Shown here: piece after piece, positions 1 through 9,645 of the stretch
Layout of the letters: each line of letters opens with the position of its first letter
Numbering within the stretch: the first letter of the stretch is position 1
Assembly (NCBI GenBank): GCA_001567515.1
Contig: LLEV01000011.1
Coordinates: 1 to 49,651 of the forward strand
DNA: 49,651 nt
Direction: 5' to 3'
From: Microgenomates bacterium OLB22
Lineage (GTDB): Bacteria; Patescibacteriota; Microgenomatia; UBA1406; HO2-37-13b
Notes under the pieces: generated by a model
What the model was told of the DNA's origin: nothing
What the model saw: the letters and a program-made list of their open reading frames with translations, nothing else
The model's database searches: none
Made by a program: the position numbers and the translations under genes

Positions 1-1
1 G

Positions 2-1045
2 AACAATTCTATAGAAAAGGCAGTGAATAAAGCCCATCTTCAAGAGAGATACACCTTTGAACACTTCGCCGTCTCCAATTCTAATCACATTGCACATGCA
101 GCAGCACAAGCAGTCAGCATAAGTCCTGGGACTCATTACAACCCTCTCTTCATATACGGTGGGGTAGGGGTAGGTAAGACACACCTGATGCAAGCAATAG
201 GAAATCACATACTCACAAATGACCCAACAAAAAAGGTTTTATACGTTACGTCTGAAGAGTTTACCAATGAACTTATTGATCTTATACGTAAAAAGAATAC
301 TTCTGATTTCCGTGATCGGTTTAGGAAGGTCGAGGTACTACTCATAGATGATGCTCAGTTCATCGCGGGAAAGAACTATGTCCAAGAAGAATTCTATCAC
401 ACGTTCAATACAATAATTAAAAACGGAGGACAAATCGTCTTAGTCTCTGATAGACACCCCCGTGAAATAGCCAATCTAGAAGACCGACTCAGATCACGCT
501 TTTCTGGTGGTCTCATCATAGATATGCAATCTCCTGACTTTGAGCTTCGATCAGCAATACTCATGATAAAAGCAAAGGAGAGGAATATTTCAATTGATAT
601 TGAGGCAGCAAAAAAAATAGCTGAAAAAACCAGTGATGCCAGAGAGCTAGAAGGGAAGCTCTTACAGATCTATTCACGACTTGTGATAACCTCAAAAGAC
701 TTGATAATAACATCTGAACATCTGGGATCTGATTTTGAGCAGCAAGAGACCTTTTATCGGAAAAGGGTAGATCCACAGACCGTCATAAAAACAGTCTGTT
801 CATATTATCAAATCAAACCACATGATATACGAGACCAGACACGAAAAAGCAATATCGCCTTTGCCCGTCAGCTGATAATGTATTTACTGCGTGCTCATTT
901 TGATTTTAAGCTTGATGAGATCGCTTACATACTTAAAAGGCGAGACCATACCACTATCATGCATGGGGTAGAAAAGATACGCGGTTCCTTGATAAAGGAT
1001 AGACAGCTAAAAGAAACCGTCGACCAAATCCTGAAGATACTATAA
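2..1045 (+). CDS. dnaA: Chromosomal replication initiator DnaA (5' end lies before the window)
   Basis: YNPLFIYGGVGVGKTHL Walker A, LLIDDAQF Walker B, QEEFYHTFN, RDHTTIMHG domain IV. The frame is open to the window edge and domain I is missing. Confidence 0.97.
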   Translation, partial: NNSIEKAVNKAHLQERYTFEHFAVSNSNHIAHAAAQAVSISPGTHYNPLFIYGGVGVGKTHLMQAIGNHILTNDPTKKVLYVTSEEFTNELIDLIRKKNTSDFRDRFRKVEVLLIDDAQFIAGKNYVQEEFYHTFNTIIKNGGQIVLVSDRHPREIANLEDRLRSRFSGGLIIDMQSPDFELRSAILMIKAKERNISIDIEAAKKIAEKTSDARELEGKLLQIYSRLVITSKDLIITSEHLGSDFEQQETFYRKRVDPQTVIKTVCSYYQIKPHDIRDQTRKSNIAFARQLIMYLLRAHFDFKLDEIAYILKRRDHTTIMHGVEKIRGSLIKDRQLKETVDQILKIL

Positions 1046-1191
1046 AAAGTATTATCCTCCAAGTATCCACAAGATTATCAACATGTGTTAGTTCTTTATA
1101 GAGATTGATAGAAGCGTTCATTGTAATAAATAAACTCCTCTTATAGACTTATCTACAGACACTACTATAACTAATATATATATACACGGTA
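1046..1191. promoter_or_regulatory. Replication origin oriC with DnaA boxes, DnaA-trios and AT cluster
   Basis: dnaA-dnaN intergenic. Boxes GTATCCACA 1063-1071, TTATCAACA 1075-1083 and TTATCTACA 1149-1157 (each 8/9 to TTATCCACA) and TTATCCTCC 1052-1060 (7/9), then CTA CTA TAA CTA ATA 1162-1176 and a TATATATA tract. Confidence 0.88.
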
Positions 1192-2298
1192 ATGACCATT
1201 TCTCTAGAAAAAGATACTTTGCTTTCTGCATTACAAGCATCTTCTCGTTTTTCCACATCTCACGCTTTAACGACAGGACTCTCAAACGGGTGTTTATGTG
1301 TTCTTGACAGAAGTACGCTGACTATACATACTACCAATCTCAACGATTTTTATAGAACCACCTTAGACGTCACTTCTGAAGATAAGGTAACCTTCTATGT
1401 AGAAAACAGAAAGCTAATTGAATTTCTACCCCTTATATCTGACCGAAAGATAGATTTATTCATAACCGATACTCATCTTTCTATCAAAACCTCTGACAGC
1501 TCTTCTTCTTTCCCAATCGTGCTCAATCCTGAGTTTCCTCCTATCCCAAGTCTTGATGTACCATTAGTTTCACTTCCTCAGGAGATCTTCACGCATATGA
1601 AAAAAATTCTTTATTCATCGTCAAAAGATGAATCAAAGCCTGTTCTAAATGGTATATATTGTTCGTTTACAGAAAAAAATGTCGTCTGTGTTACTACAGA
1701 TGGTTTTCGTTTGTCTATTACTCAGATGGCTCCCGTTGAGGGGTTATTATGTTCCTTTATCCTTTCTGCTCGCTTTTGTAGCGAAATGTTAAGTTTATCT
1801 AAAGAAGAGAAATCTGTCTCGATGGCTCTTGACGATCAGCGCAACATGGTATGGTTTTCATTTGGGAGGACTACCCTGGTTACTCGTATTATAGATGGCC
1901 AGTTTCCTCCCTATGAAAAGGTCGTACCTGATAACCATACTACACGTATCGTCCTCTCTTCTGCTGAGCTGGAGCAAGACATGAAAAGAATAGGTATATT
2001 CGCCCGAGATCTCTCTAACATCGTAATATGTACATTCTCAAAAGATGAAGCAACTTTTACGACAAAAAAATCATCCAATAATCCATCTACTATATCACGT
2101 AGGCCGATTTCTTTTGAGGGGACTGATGTCAAAATAGCCTTCAACTATCGGTTTATTCTTGAATACCTTACAGCTATCCCCGATGAAGAAGTTTCTATAC
2201 TGCTGGGTACGTCACTCTCTCCTGTATTATTCCTCTCACCTAAAGATAGTTCTCTTAAACACGTCATAATGCCTTTGAGAACAGAGGATCTTGACTAG
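1192..2298 (+). CDS. dnaN: DNA polymerase III beta clamp
   Basis: 368 aa, VTTDGFRLS, IDGQFPPYEKVVP, IAFNYRFI, C-terminal VIMPLR, directly after dnaA. Confidence 0.96.
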   Translation: MTISLEKDTLLSALQASSRFSTSHALTTGLSNGCLCVLDRSTLTIHTTNLNDFYRTTLDVTSEDKVTFYVENRKLIEFLPLISDRKIDLFITDTHLSIKTSDSSSSFPIVLNPEFPPIPSLDVPLVSLPQEIFTHMKKILYSSSKDESKPVLNGIYCSFTEKNVVCVTTDGFRLSITQMAPVEGLLCSFILSARFCSEMLSLSKEEKSVSMALDDQRNMVWFSFGRTTLVTRIIDGQFPPYEKVVPDNHTTRIVLSSAELEQDMKRIGIFARDLSNIVICTFSKDEATFTTKKSSNNPSTISRRPISFEGTDVKIAFNYRFILEYLTAIPDEEVSILLGTSLSPVLFLSPKDSSLKHVIMPLRTEDLD

Positions 2299-2304
2299 TA
2301 CTAG

Positions 2305-4021
2305 TTATGATATGAGTGATGTCTCATATTCTGAGGCAATGATTCGTATGGGGACATGATTTTGCCCGGCAAAGAAGAGCCCCTCACCAATTGCCGCAGT
2401 TATTAGAGAATGTTTTTCGCTCATACTCAGGTCAAATACAGTGGCTAGCTGATCTATGGCAGTCTGGGATTGTTTGAGGAGTATCTGGACACTGGTATTT
2501 GAAAGAATAGCCTTGCCTTCTTCTGTAGTTAAAAAGTCTCCGATATCCTGTGTAATAGTAGTGAGACCGAGGTTGTACTTACGAGCTCTTTTTGCAAAGT
2601 TATACATATAACTTGCAGAGTCCTTGTTTCTTATTAAATACCAGGCTTCATCCACAATTAGAATTCTTTTCTTCTTATCCTTACGTATCTTATTCCAGAC
2701 AAAGTCGAGAAGGATATACATGGCCACAGGTCTGATATTCTCCTCAAGATCCCGTATCCCGAAGACGGTACACGAGTTTGAGATATCAAAATTTGAAGCA
2801 CTATTGAATATCCCTTGAGCCGAGCCTTTGATAAATTTCTCTATCTGATATGCCATCTGTTGTGCTTCCTGGCTTTCTATACCCATCAATATTTTATAAA
2901 GATCTTCAAGTAAAGGAGGTGTGTTTTTGAATGTCTGCGGGTCTTGAGTGATCCCCTTTGATCGGTAGGTTTCGACCAACGCCTTATCAAGAAGAGCATC
3001 TTGGATAGGCGTGATATCTCCTATTATGACCTTACAGAGTGAATGAAGGTTTAATATCTTATTTGATAGTTCACTAGCGTCTTTTTCAGCATCATTAAAG
3101 TCAAAAGGATTGATATGATATCCGGCATTTAGTGAAAAGGAAAGGAACTCTCCCTGGAGTGCATGTGCAAGTTTTTCATATTCATTCTCAGGGTCGATGA
3201 TGATAACATCGGTCCCGGTCAGTAGTAGTCTCAAGGCTTCTAATTTCACCAAGAAGCTCTTTCCACCACCGGATTTGCCTAGTATCGCTGCGTTAGCTGT
3301 CTCTAGACTAAATCGGTCGAAGATAACAAGACTATTGTCATGTTGATTTACCCCATAAAAAAAACGCCAGTTTCTTGTGTAAGTGATGATGAAGAAAAAG
3401 GAAAAGCATAGGACAGCGATGTGGTATCCATATTTTTCCATACACTTAGCTTGTCACTAAATAATGGTAGAGTTGATCTATATCCCTCCTCCATTTCCAG
3501 CGAAGCTTGCTTAGTTATGATCCACAAGGAAGAGAGTAGGGACTCTAGCTCGTTTGTCTTTTTCTCCAATATCTCAAGGGAAGATGCCTGTACGGTGATG
3601 TAAAGGCCAAGTTGAAAAAGTTTCTCTGTCCCTTCTGCAATTTCTCCTTGTATCAAAAGAGCATCCCCAAGGGTAACCTCGACCTTAGGGTCAGCTGGCC
3701 TTCCTGAATCTTGATCTGAACTAATAGTAGCTTGCATCTCAGCAATCTTTTTTTGAGATCCTCAAGTGTTTCATTTGAGTCAGTTGGGTAAACATACAGT
3801 GAAAGATTGAGTGAATGATCAAAATTGATCAACGCTGAAAGCCAGTTAGGGTGTACAAATCTGGGGTAGCCTATGACAAAAAGGCTTTTGTAGTATACCC
3901 CGTCAATCTGAATATGACTGAAATCAACCTCTACATAGGATGGAGCAAGGAGATCCTTTATATCATAGATACTTTGTGTTGTTTTCGTCTTTTCTACTGC
4001 CTGCTTTTTTCCGAAAAACAT
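2305..4021 (-). CDS. VirB4/TraC-like (DUF87) ATPase, reconstructed across two homopolymer frameshifts
   Basis: Three ORF pieces (3653-4021, 3348-3737, 2305-3441) join at T7 3748-3754 and A8 3357-3364. Motifs GKSGGGKS Walker A, IIDPENEY, LIVDEAW Walker B, RARKY, ITQD. Confidence 0.88.
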
Positions 4022-4023
4022 AG

Positions 4024-4674
4024 TTATGTTGTAGTTGATGATAATAGATCTTCGTACTGGTCTAGGTGAGTGATGCTACCAGTCCCCGCATTAGGATTAA
4101 ATGCGAGGAAAAATAATTTCACTAGCTCTGCTGTTGTCATTGCTTTTGCCGAAAGACCCAGTTTCTTGATAAGACGAAGGAGATGCTCTCTCTTTGGATT
4201 GAGGTGTATTTTTGCTTTCTCCACTAATATCTTCTTTTCAATTGTAAACACATTCTTCAAATCGGAGAACTCTTCAATGGGAGAAAAGGTCGCCACTATA
4301 AAGAAACGCTTTTCTAGGACAGTAGTCTTTTGACTGTACTGTGAAACAAACGATCTATATTCCTCTAGATGCTTTATATAGAGTGCGTTGTGTTGTGTTT
4401 TCATGATGTCGTCTAAATAGCCAAGGTAATTGGAAAGATCTAGTTTCTTAGAAATGATAGCTATCTGAATAGGAAATGTCAGTGAATTAAGAAGGCCAGA
4501 AAATGCAGCAATGAGAGCAGCCTGTTCATCTTCTTTTATTAAGTTAAAATTAACTGAGCCGGTCTCTATAAGCAGAGAACAGGTACGGTCTTTTAGGATG
4601 ACTATGTCATCGCAGATATCCTCGATAGAGGTGAAATCCTGTGTGCTTGCCTTTACTGGTATTTTGTCTGCCAT
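4024..4674 (-). CDS. Conserved VirB4-associated (TraC-N-like) protein
   Basis: ASTQDF..IEDI.DDIVILKD..SVNFNL..EQ..LNSLTFPIQI pattern, which I recognise from CPR genes lying between prgI and virB4. Only 2 bp gaps to both neighbours. Confidence 0.7.
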   Translation of the reverse strand: MADKIPVKASTQDFTSIEDICDDIVILKDRTCSLLIETGSVNFNLIKEDEQAALIAAFSGLLNSLTFPIQIAIISKKLDLSNYLGYLDDIMKTQHNALYIKHLEEYRSFVSQYSQKTTVLEKRFFIVATFSPIEEFSDLKNVFTIEKKILVEKAKIHLNPKREHLLRLIKKLGLSAKAMTTAELVKLFFLAFNPNAGTGSITHLDQYEDLLSSTTT

Positions 4675-4676
4675 AG

Positions 4677-5511
4677 TTATAGAACTTCTCTAGATACAAC
4701 AGTCTGTGGTGGTGTTGATTGGTCCCTGACAGAAATAGTAACAGGATCAAAGAAAAAAACGTTGTTGAGGATCCTGTGTCTCCATCGTGTAGACCCCGTC
4801 AGGGAGGGGTTGTACAGAAGAAAACTGTCCTTTCTCTGAAGTTTTCAAAAGCCTCAGTATCTTCCCTGACTGATCCTTGATATAGATAAGCATATTGGGG
4901 AGAGGGAGTTCTTTTGTATTCATGACAACTCCCGTTATAAATAATTTTTTTTCTGATAAGGCGGATTGATCAGTACTAGATACAACTGGGGTAGATAAAG
5001 CAGTAGGATTGATAGGGGTGGCGATATCAGTCTGAGTTGGTGGTATAGACATAGGTTGTGGTGGTAGATCTTGGACAGGTGGAAGTGAGGGTTGTTGCAA
5101 TACATGAACTACTGGCACAGATGGGGTTATAGGAATAGATTGAGGCTCGATAGTGGTAGCAGGAGTTTCTAGTTGAGAAGTAGTCATGGTAGGATAAGAA
5201 ACATTACGTACTTGAGATGGTTTGTTATCCGCGGAAAAAAAATACTGTGAGGGTGAAGTTAGTCTAACAAAGAGCATGCGTACCGCATGATCCAAAGGTC
5301 GTTCATTAAATCTGATAAGAGCAAACGCTGTCCCTACCCCAGCCGATACAAGTCCTCCTATAACCCCAATAAGTCTAAAAGGGGCAAGAACATAGATCAG
5401 ATAGCCAAATGCGCTGAAAATCAATATGTAGAGAAATTGGCGTACCGTCAAGAATCCTATGAGTTTGAACTCGAATGTCGTTATCTGTTTTGGTACAGCA
5501 TGCTCTTCCAT
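4677..5511 (-). CDS. PrgI-family membrane protein with Pro/Thr linker and carboxypeptidase-regulatory-like C-terminal domain
   Basis: HAVPKQITTFEFKLIGFLTVRQF, two TM helices, ERPLD. Correcting the frameshift at A7 4753-4759 extends it to TAA 4677-4679, 2 bp before the next ATG. Confidence 0.82.
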
Positions 5512-5588
5512 GATCTCAGTATACGAAATTTTTAGCTAAGGAAATGTCTTGTGAATACCAAAAATTCCGGTATAGTGGGAGAATCAAT

Positions 5589-6617
5589 ATGGAAAATATC
5601 GTTATTATCGGTGGTGGTCCTGCTGGGTTAGCTGCCGCAATATACAATGCTCGAGCTCTTATCTCTCCACTTGTTGTCGCTGGCTCACCACCAGGAGGAC
5701 AGCTCATGTTGACTTCTGACGTTGAAAACTATCCTGGATATAAAGCAATACAAGGCCCCGAACTAATTTATCGATTTCGTGAACACGCAGAGCACTTTGG
5801 AACACGATTTATTGATGAAAATGTAGAAAAAATCATACCAGGTAAGGATAGTCATACAGTCATTTTGTCATCGGGTAAGTCTATAGATACAAAAGCCATC
5901 CTCATAGCGACGGGAGCGTCGGCGCAGTGGCTCAATATACCATCAGAGACCCGTTTGAGGGGGCACGGTGTATCTGCCTGTGCTACGTGTGATGGATTTT
6001 TCTTTAAGAATAAGCATGTTGCGGTAGTTGGAGGTGGAGATACTGCTATGGAAGAGGCGCTTACACTAACTAACTTTGCCCACAAAGTCTATATTATTCA
6101 CAGAAGAGAGCAGTTTAGGGCGTCTCAGATTATGCAGAAGCGGGTTTTTGATCATGAAAAGATAGAAGTCCTCTGGAATACAGAGGTGGCAGAAGTCTTA
6201 GGAACAGAAAAGGTCGAAGGATTGAGATTAAAAAAGGGAGATGGAGCAAAGTCAAATCGTGGAGACTCAATTCCTGACGTTCTTGATGTCCAGGGACTTT
6301 TCTTAGGGATAGGGCACAAACCGGCGACAGAGTTTCTCAAGGACTCAGGACTCGAGATAGATGAAAAAGGATATCTTTTTACTACAGGGAGATGTGCTTG
6401 GGAGGAGAAAAAAGGAAAAGGATTTCACCATCAATGCTCTACCTATAAAGCTGATTCAACTTTTTTCGAAGAAGGCTTTTGGTATCAAACTAATATTAAA
6501 GGTATCTTTGCAGCCGGAGATGTAGTCGACTACGTGTACCGACAAGCAGCGACCGCAGTTGGTATGGGAGTAGCAGCGGCATTGGAGATTGAGAGGTATG
6601 TAGGAGAGAATGCCTAA
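5589..6617 (+). CDS. trxB: Thioredoxin-disulfide reductase
   Basis: IIGGGPAGLAAA, VSACATCDGFFF, VVGGGDTAMEEA, GIFAAGDV, YRQA. ATG 5589 is preceded by GGGAG. Confidence 0.96.
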   Translation: MENIVIIGGGPAGLAAAIYNARALISPLVVAGSPPGGQLMLTSDVENYPGYKAIQGPELIYRFREHAEHFGTRFIDENVEKIIPGKDSHTVILSSGKSIDTKAILIATGASAQWLNIPSETRLRGHGVSACATCDGFFFKNKHVAVVGGGDTAMEEALTLTNFAHKVYIIHRREQFRASQIMQKRVFDHEKIEVLWNTEVAEVLGTEKVEGLRLKKGDGAKSNRGDSIPDVLDVQGLFLGIGHKPATEFLKDSGLEIDEKGYLFTTGRCAWEEKKGKGFHHQCSTYKADSTFFEEGFWYQTNIKGIFAAGDVVDYVYRQAATAVGMGVAAALEIERYVGENA

Positions 6618-6623
6618 GGACTT

Positions 6624-7037
6624 TTAGCAGCCCCATCCCTTCTCATGATATCGCCGTGCATATTCCGTGAGAGTGGAGAAGTCGTCGGCCGAAAGAGAAT
6701 TTTCGATATGTTCTAGTACGCCTGTCTCGCTAAAGTGTAAGTATAGCCGTATCGCTTTCCCAAGAGTCTGGATAACAGAGGAAGCCTCCAGTGAAGTATA
6801 CTCGCCACAATCACAGGAAAAAATAGAAATGTTTTGTACGGTCACAACTAGTTGATCTTCACTACCGTAACTAAATAAATAATCTCGTGAAAAGTCAGAA
6901 TGGAATTTTTGACTGGTGGGACAAGTCTCTTGGTGATTTGTTTGACCCAATTCCCCTCCAAACTTCAATATAGCCGTAGGACTTGTTTTCCTTTCTATGT
7001 GTGATTCTGGATATGAAATAAGATGACTTTCTTTCAT
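6624..7037 (-). CDS. Hypothetical protein with degenerate YgiT-type zinc-finger-like segment
   Basis: 137 aa ORF. CP..(x)n..LVVTVQNISIFSCDCGEY resembles the YgiT/MqsA-N pattern (V.NVP..VC..CGE). Confidence 0.45.
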   Translation of the reverse strand: MKESHLISYPESHIERKTSPTAILKFGGELGQTNHQETCPTSQKFHSDFSRDYLFSYGSEDQLVVTVQNISIFSCDCGEYTSLEASSVIQTLGKAIRLYLHFSETGVLEHIENSLSADDFSTLTEYARRYHEKGWGC

Positions 7038-7108
7038 TGCCAGCCATTTTGTTACAAGGTTGCATGCTCTTTATATCAGCTGCACGAAAGAGGTATACTC
7101 CTAGAGTA

Positions 7109-7654
7109 ATGGAGCATAATAAAGAAACCAATCTTGTTTGGATAGATCTCGAGATGAGTGGCTTAAATCCTAAAACCGATGTGATCCTTGAGGCTGCTTT
7201 GATTGTTACGACTGGAGATCTCGAAATACTAGAAGAATCTCCATCTTATCTAGTTCATCAACCCGAAGAGATTTTGTCGATGATGTCTAAAGAGGTTGTA
7301 GATCTTCATTCTCATTCGGGTCTTCTAGAACGATTGAAGAGCGCAACTCTATCAGTATCAGATGTTGAAATGGCGTTGCTCGAAACCATAAAAAAACAGG
7401 TAGCCCCAGGAGCCTCACCACTTTGCGGAAATTCTATTTTCTCCGATAGGAGCTTCATAAAGAACTATATGCCAACGTTGAATTCCTACCTGCACTATCG
7501 TCATATTGATGTCTCTACTATAAAGGAACTATATAAAAGGTGGTGTCCCGATGGGCCGATGTTTGAAAAGAAGGGGACACACCAAACTCTAGAAGACATA
7601 CGAGAATCTATTACAGAGCTTGAGTTTTATAGAAGAAACTTTTTTAAGAAATAG
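7109..7654 (+). CDS. orn: Oligoribonuclease
   Basis: LVWIDLEMSGL, SPLCGNSI..DR.F, LHYRHIDVSTIKEL, DIRESITEL. ATG 7109 follows TATACT. Confidence 0.95.
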   Translation: MEHNKETNLVWIDLEMSGLNPKTDVILEAALIVTTGDLEILEESPSYLVHQPEEILSMMSKEVVDLHSHSGLLERLKSATLSVSDVEMALLETIKKQVAPGASPLCGNSIFSDRSFIKNYMPTLNSYLHYRHIDVSTIKELYKRWCPDGPMFEKKGTHQTLEDIRESITELEFYRRNFFKK

Positions 7655-7811
7655 CAGAGATGTCAATATTGATATTGAGGAGTCTCCGCCGCTTATGTTC
7701 GTCCCATGGACTGCCACGTCGAACGTGGCTAGCTTCCACGATGACGAAGTATTCGCTTCTGAAGGGTACACGAATTTGTAATTCCTCTTTCCTCGTAAAC
7801 AAAATTTAGTG

Positions 7812-7885
7812 TCGGGGATGGCAGACTTGAACTGCCGACCTCACGACCCCCAGCCGTGCGTTCTAGCCATCTGAACTAATCCCCG
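7812..7885 (-). tRNA. tRNA-Pro(GGG), CCA not encoded
   Basis: Reverse complement CGGGGAT..CACGG-CTGGGGG-TCGTG..GGCAG-TTCAAGT-CTGCC-ATCCCCG-A forms a cloverleaf. Confidence 0.95.
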
Positions 7886-7978
7886 TAAATAAAGAATGAT
7901 AGAGTTTAAGATAGTTGGTAAGACTTGTTTTTCTCTACGGACCTATTCTATCATAGAAGTAGCTAAGTTTTTGACTCT

Positions 7979-9015
7979 ATGGCCTCTTCAGCACCCACCA
8001 CACCGGTCTCACACAAAAAAAGAAAAAATGCAAGCTATGCAGGTAGCTCTTGAACAGATTCAAAAAACCTTTGGCAAGGGATCTATCATGCTCATGGGCG
8101 AAAAGAGTGGGATGCAAGTTGAAGTTGTTCCGACAGATATCATGACGGTAGATATTGCACTTGGTGTTGGAGGTATCCCTATGGGAAGAATATGCGAGAT
8201 TTATGGTCCCGAAGCATCGGGCAAAACGACGTTTTTGTCTAAATCTGATAGCTCAAGTTCAAAAACAAGGTGGGATAGCGGCTTTTATAGATGCAGAACA
8301 CGCCCTTGATCCGGCATGGGCCAAAACACTTGGTGTTGATATCGATAACCTTCTTATCTCTCAGCCAGATGCCGGTGAACAAGCCCTAGAGATCACCGAG
8401 ACTCTTATTAGGTCAGGTAGCGTTGATATCGTTGTCGTTGACTCTGTTGCGGCACTGGTTCCTCGCTCTGAGATAGAAGGGGAGATGGGTGACTCACAAA
8501 TGGGTGTTCAAGCCCGTTTGATGTCACAAGCATTGCGCAAACTGACGGCTGTCGTCTCCAAATCAAAGACGATAGTAGTCTTCACTAATCAGCTTCGTTT
8601 GAAGATAGGAGTCATGTTTGGTAACCCGGAGACAACTCCAGGAGGATTGGCAATGAAATTTTATGCTTCACTTCGTATGGATATTAGAAAGTCTGAAACG
8701 CTAAAGAAAGGTGAAGAAATTATTGGCGCTATTCATAAATTGAAGATCGTCAAAAATAAAGTGGCGCCACCATTTAGGCAAGCTCTCTTTACAGTCTATC
8801 CAACAGGGATAGATAAAGAAGATGCTCTTATCGAAGCAGCCATCGGTCTGGGGATACTTTCTAAAAGTGGGGCTTTCATCAAGATGGGAGAGACAACTAT
8901 TGGCCAAGGCAGGGCCCAAGCTGCAGAATATCTGCGTGGTAATGAAAAGGTAAAAGAGGAGATAATGAAAAAGGTGCGGGCGCAGGCCTTCCCAGCAAAA
9001 GAAAAAGCGTCATAA
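7979..9015 (+). CDS. recA: Recombinase RecA, reconstructed (start may instead be 8028)
   Basis: [56 protein letters not shown]. Extra T in the run 8232-8236, and a likely second slip in A7 8015-8021. Confidence 0.95.
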
Positions 9016-9485
9016 TGGCTGAAGATTTCCTCACCGAACTACTTGAGAAAAGAATGCTATTTCTCTTAAAAAGGAGGCCCTACGCCCATGAAGAATTGAT
9101 TCGTTACTGTCTCCGCTATAGTCAACGAAAGAAGTTAGTACTATCCCCTGAGCATATCTATACTATTGTAACTACATTCATGCAAAAACATGCTCTTACG
9201 GATGAACAGTTCGCCAAGTGGTGGATACAACATAGGTCTCAATTTAGGCAAAGATCAAAGAAAATGATTACACACGAATTACGCCAGAAAGGGCTTTCTG
9301 ATGAGCTTATTGGTCAGAGCATGGAGGACAACTACTCTGATGACATCTCAGTTGCTCGAGAATACATCGCACAACGCCGTGGTTTACTTAAAAATCCCGA
9401 AAAGGCGTTAGCTAGGCTTTTAAGAAGAGGATTTACGTATTCTGACAGCAAAGTAGCAATTGAACAAAATCTAAATAAGGAGTAG
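9015..9485 (+). CDS. recX: Regulatory protein RecX
   Basis: Overlaps the recA stop (TAATG). Motifs LKRRPY..EL, DEQFAKWW, ELRQKGL, LLRRGF. Confidence 0.85.
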   Translation: MAEDFLTELLEKRMLFLLKRRPYAHEELIRYCLRYSQRKKLVLSPEHIYTIVTTFMQKHALTDEQFAKWWIQHRSQFRQRSKKMITHELRQKGLSDELIGQSMEDNYSDDISVAREYIAQRRGLLKNPEKALARLLRRGFTYSDSKVAIEQNLNKE

Positions 9486-9645
9486 AATAGCCCTGTATTA
9501 ATTATCATAAGTTTGTGATGCGTGTTGTCCTTAGGTATTTATCGTCATATGAAAATCATATCTTACTCGTTTGCCAAGCGTTGAAGCTAAAAAAGATATT
9601 TTTTCTGTGCCTGGGTCATCATGCATCCGTATATAAGGATGTAGT

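Noticed and set aside
2305-5511. Conjugative element (ICE)
   Set aside because: No relaxase, coupling protein, integrase or att repeats, and the composition resembles the core genes.
9486-9645. Riboswitch or ncRNA upstream of rny
   Set aside because: Only a weak hairpin (GCATCC/GGATGT) is present, with no family motif I can recognise.
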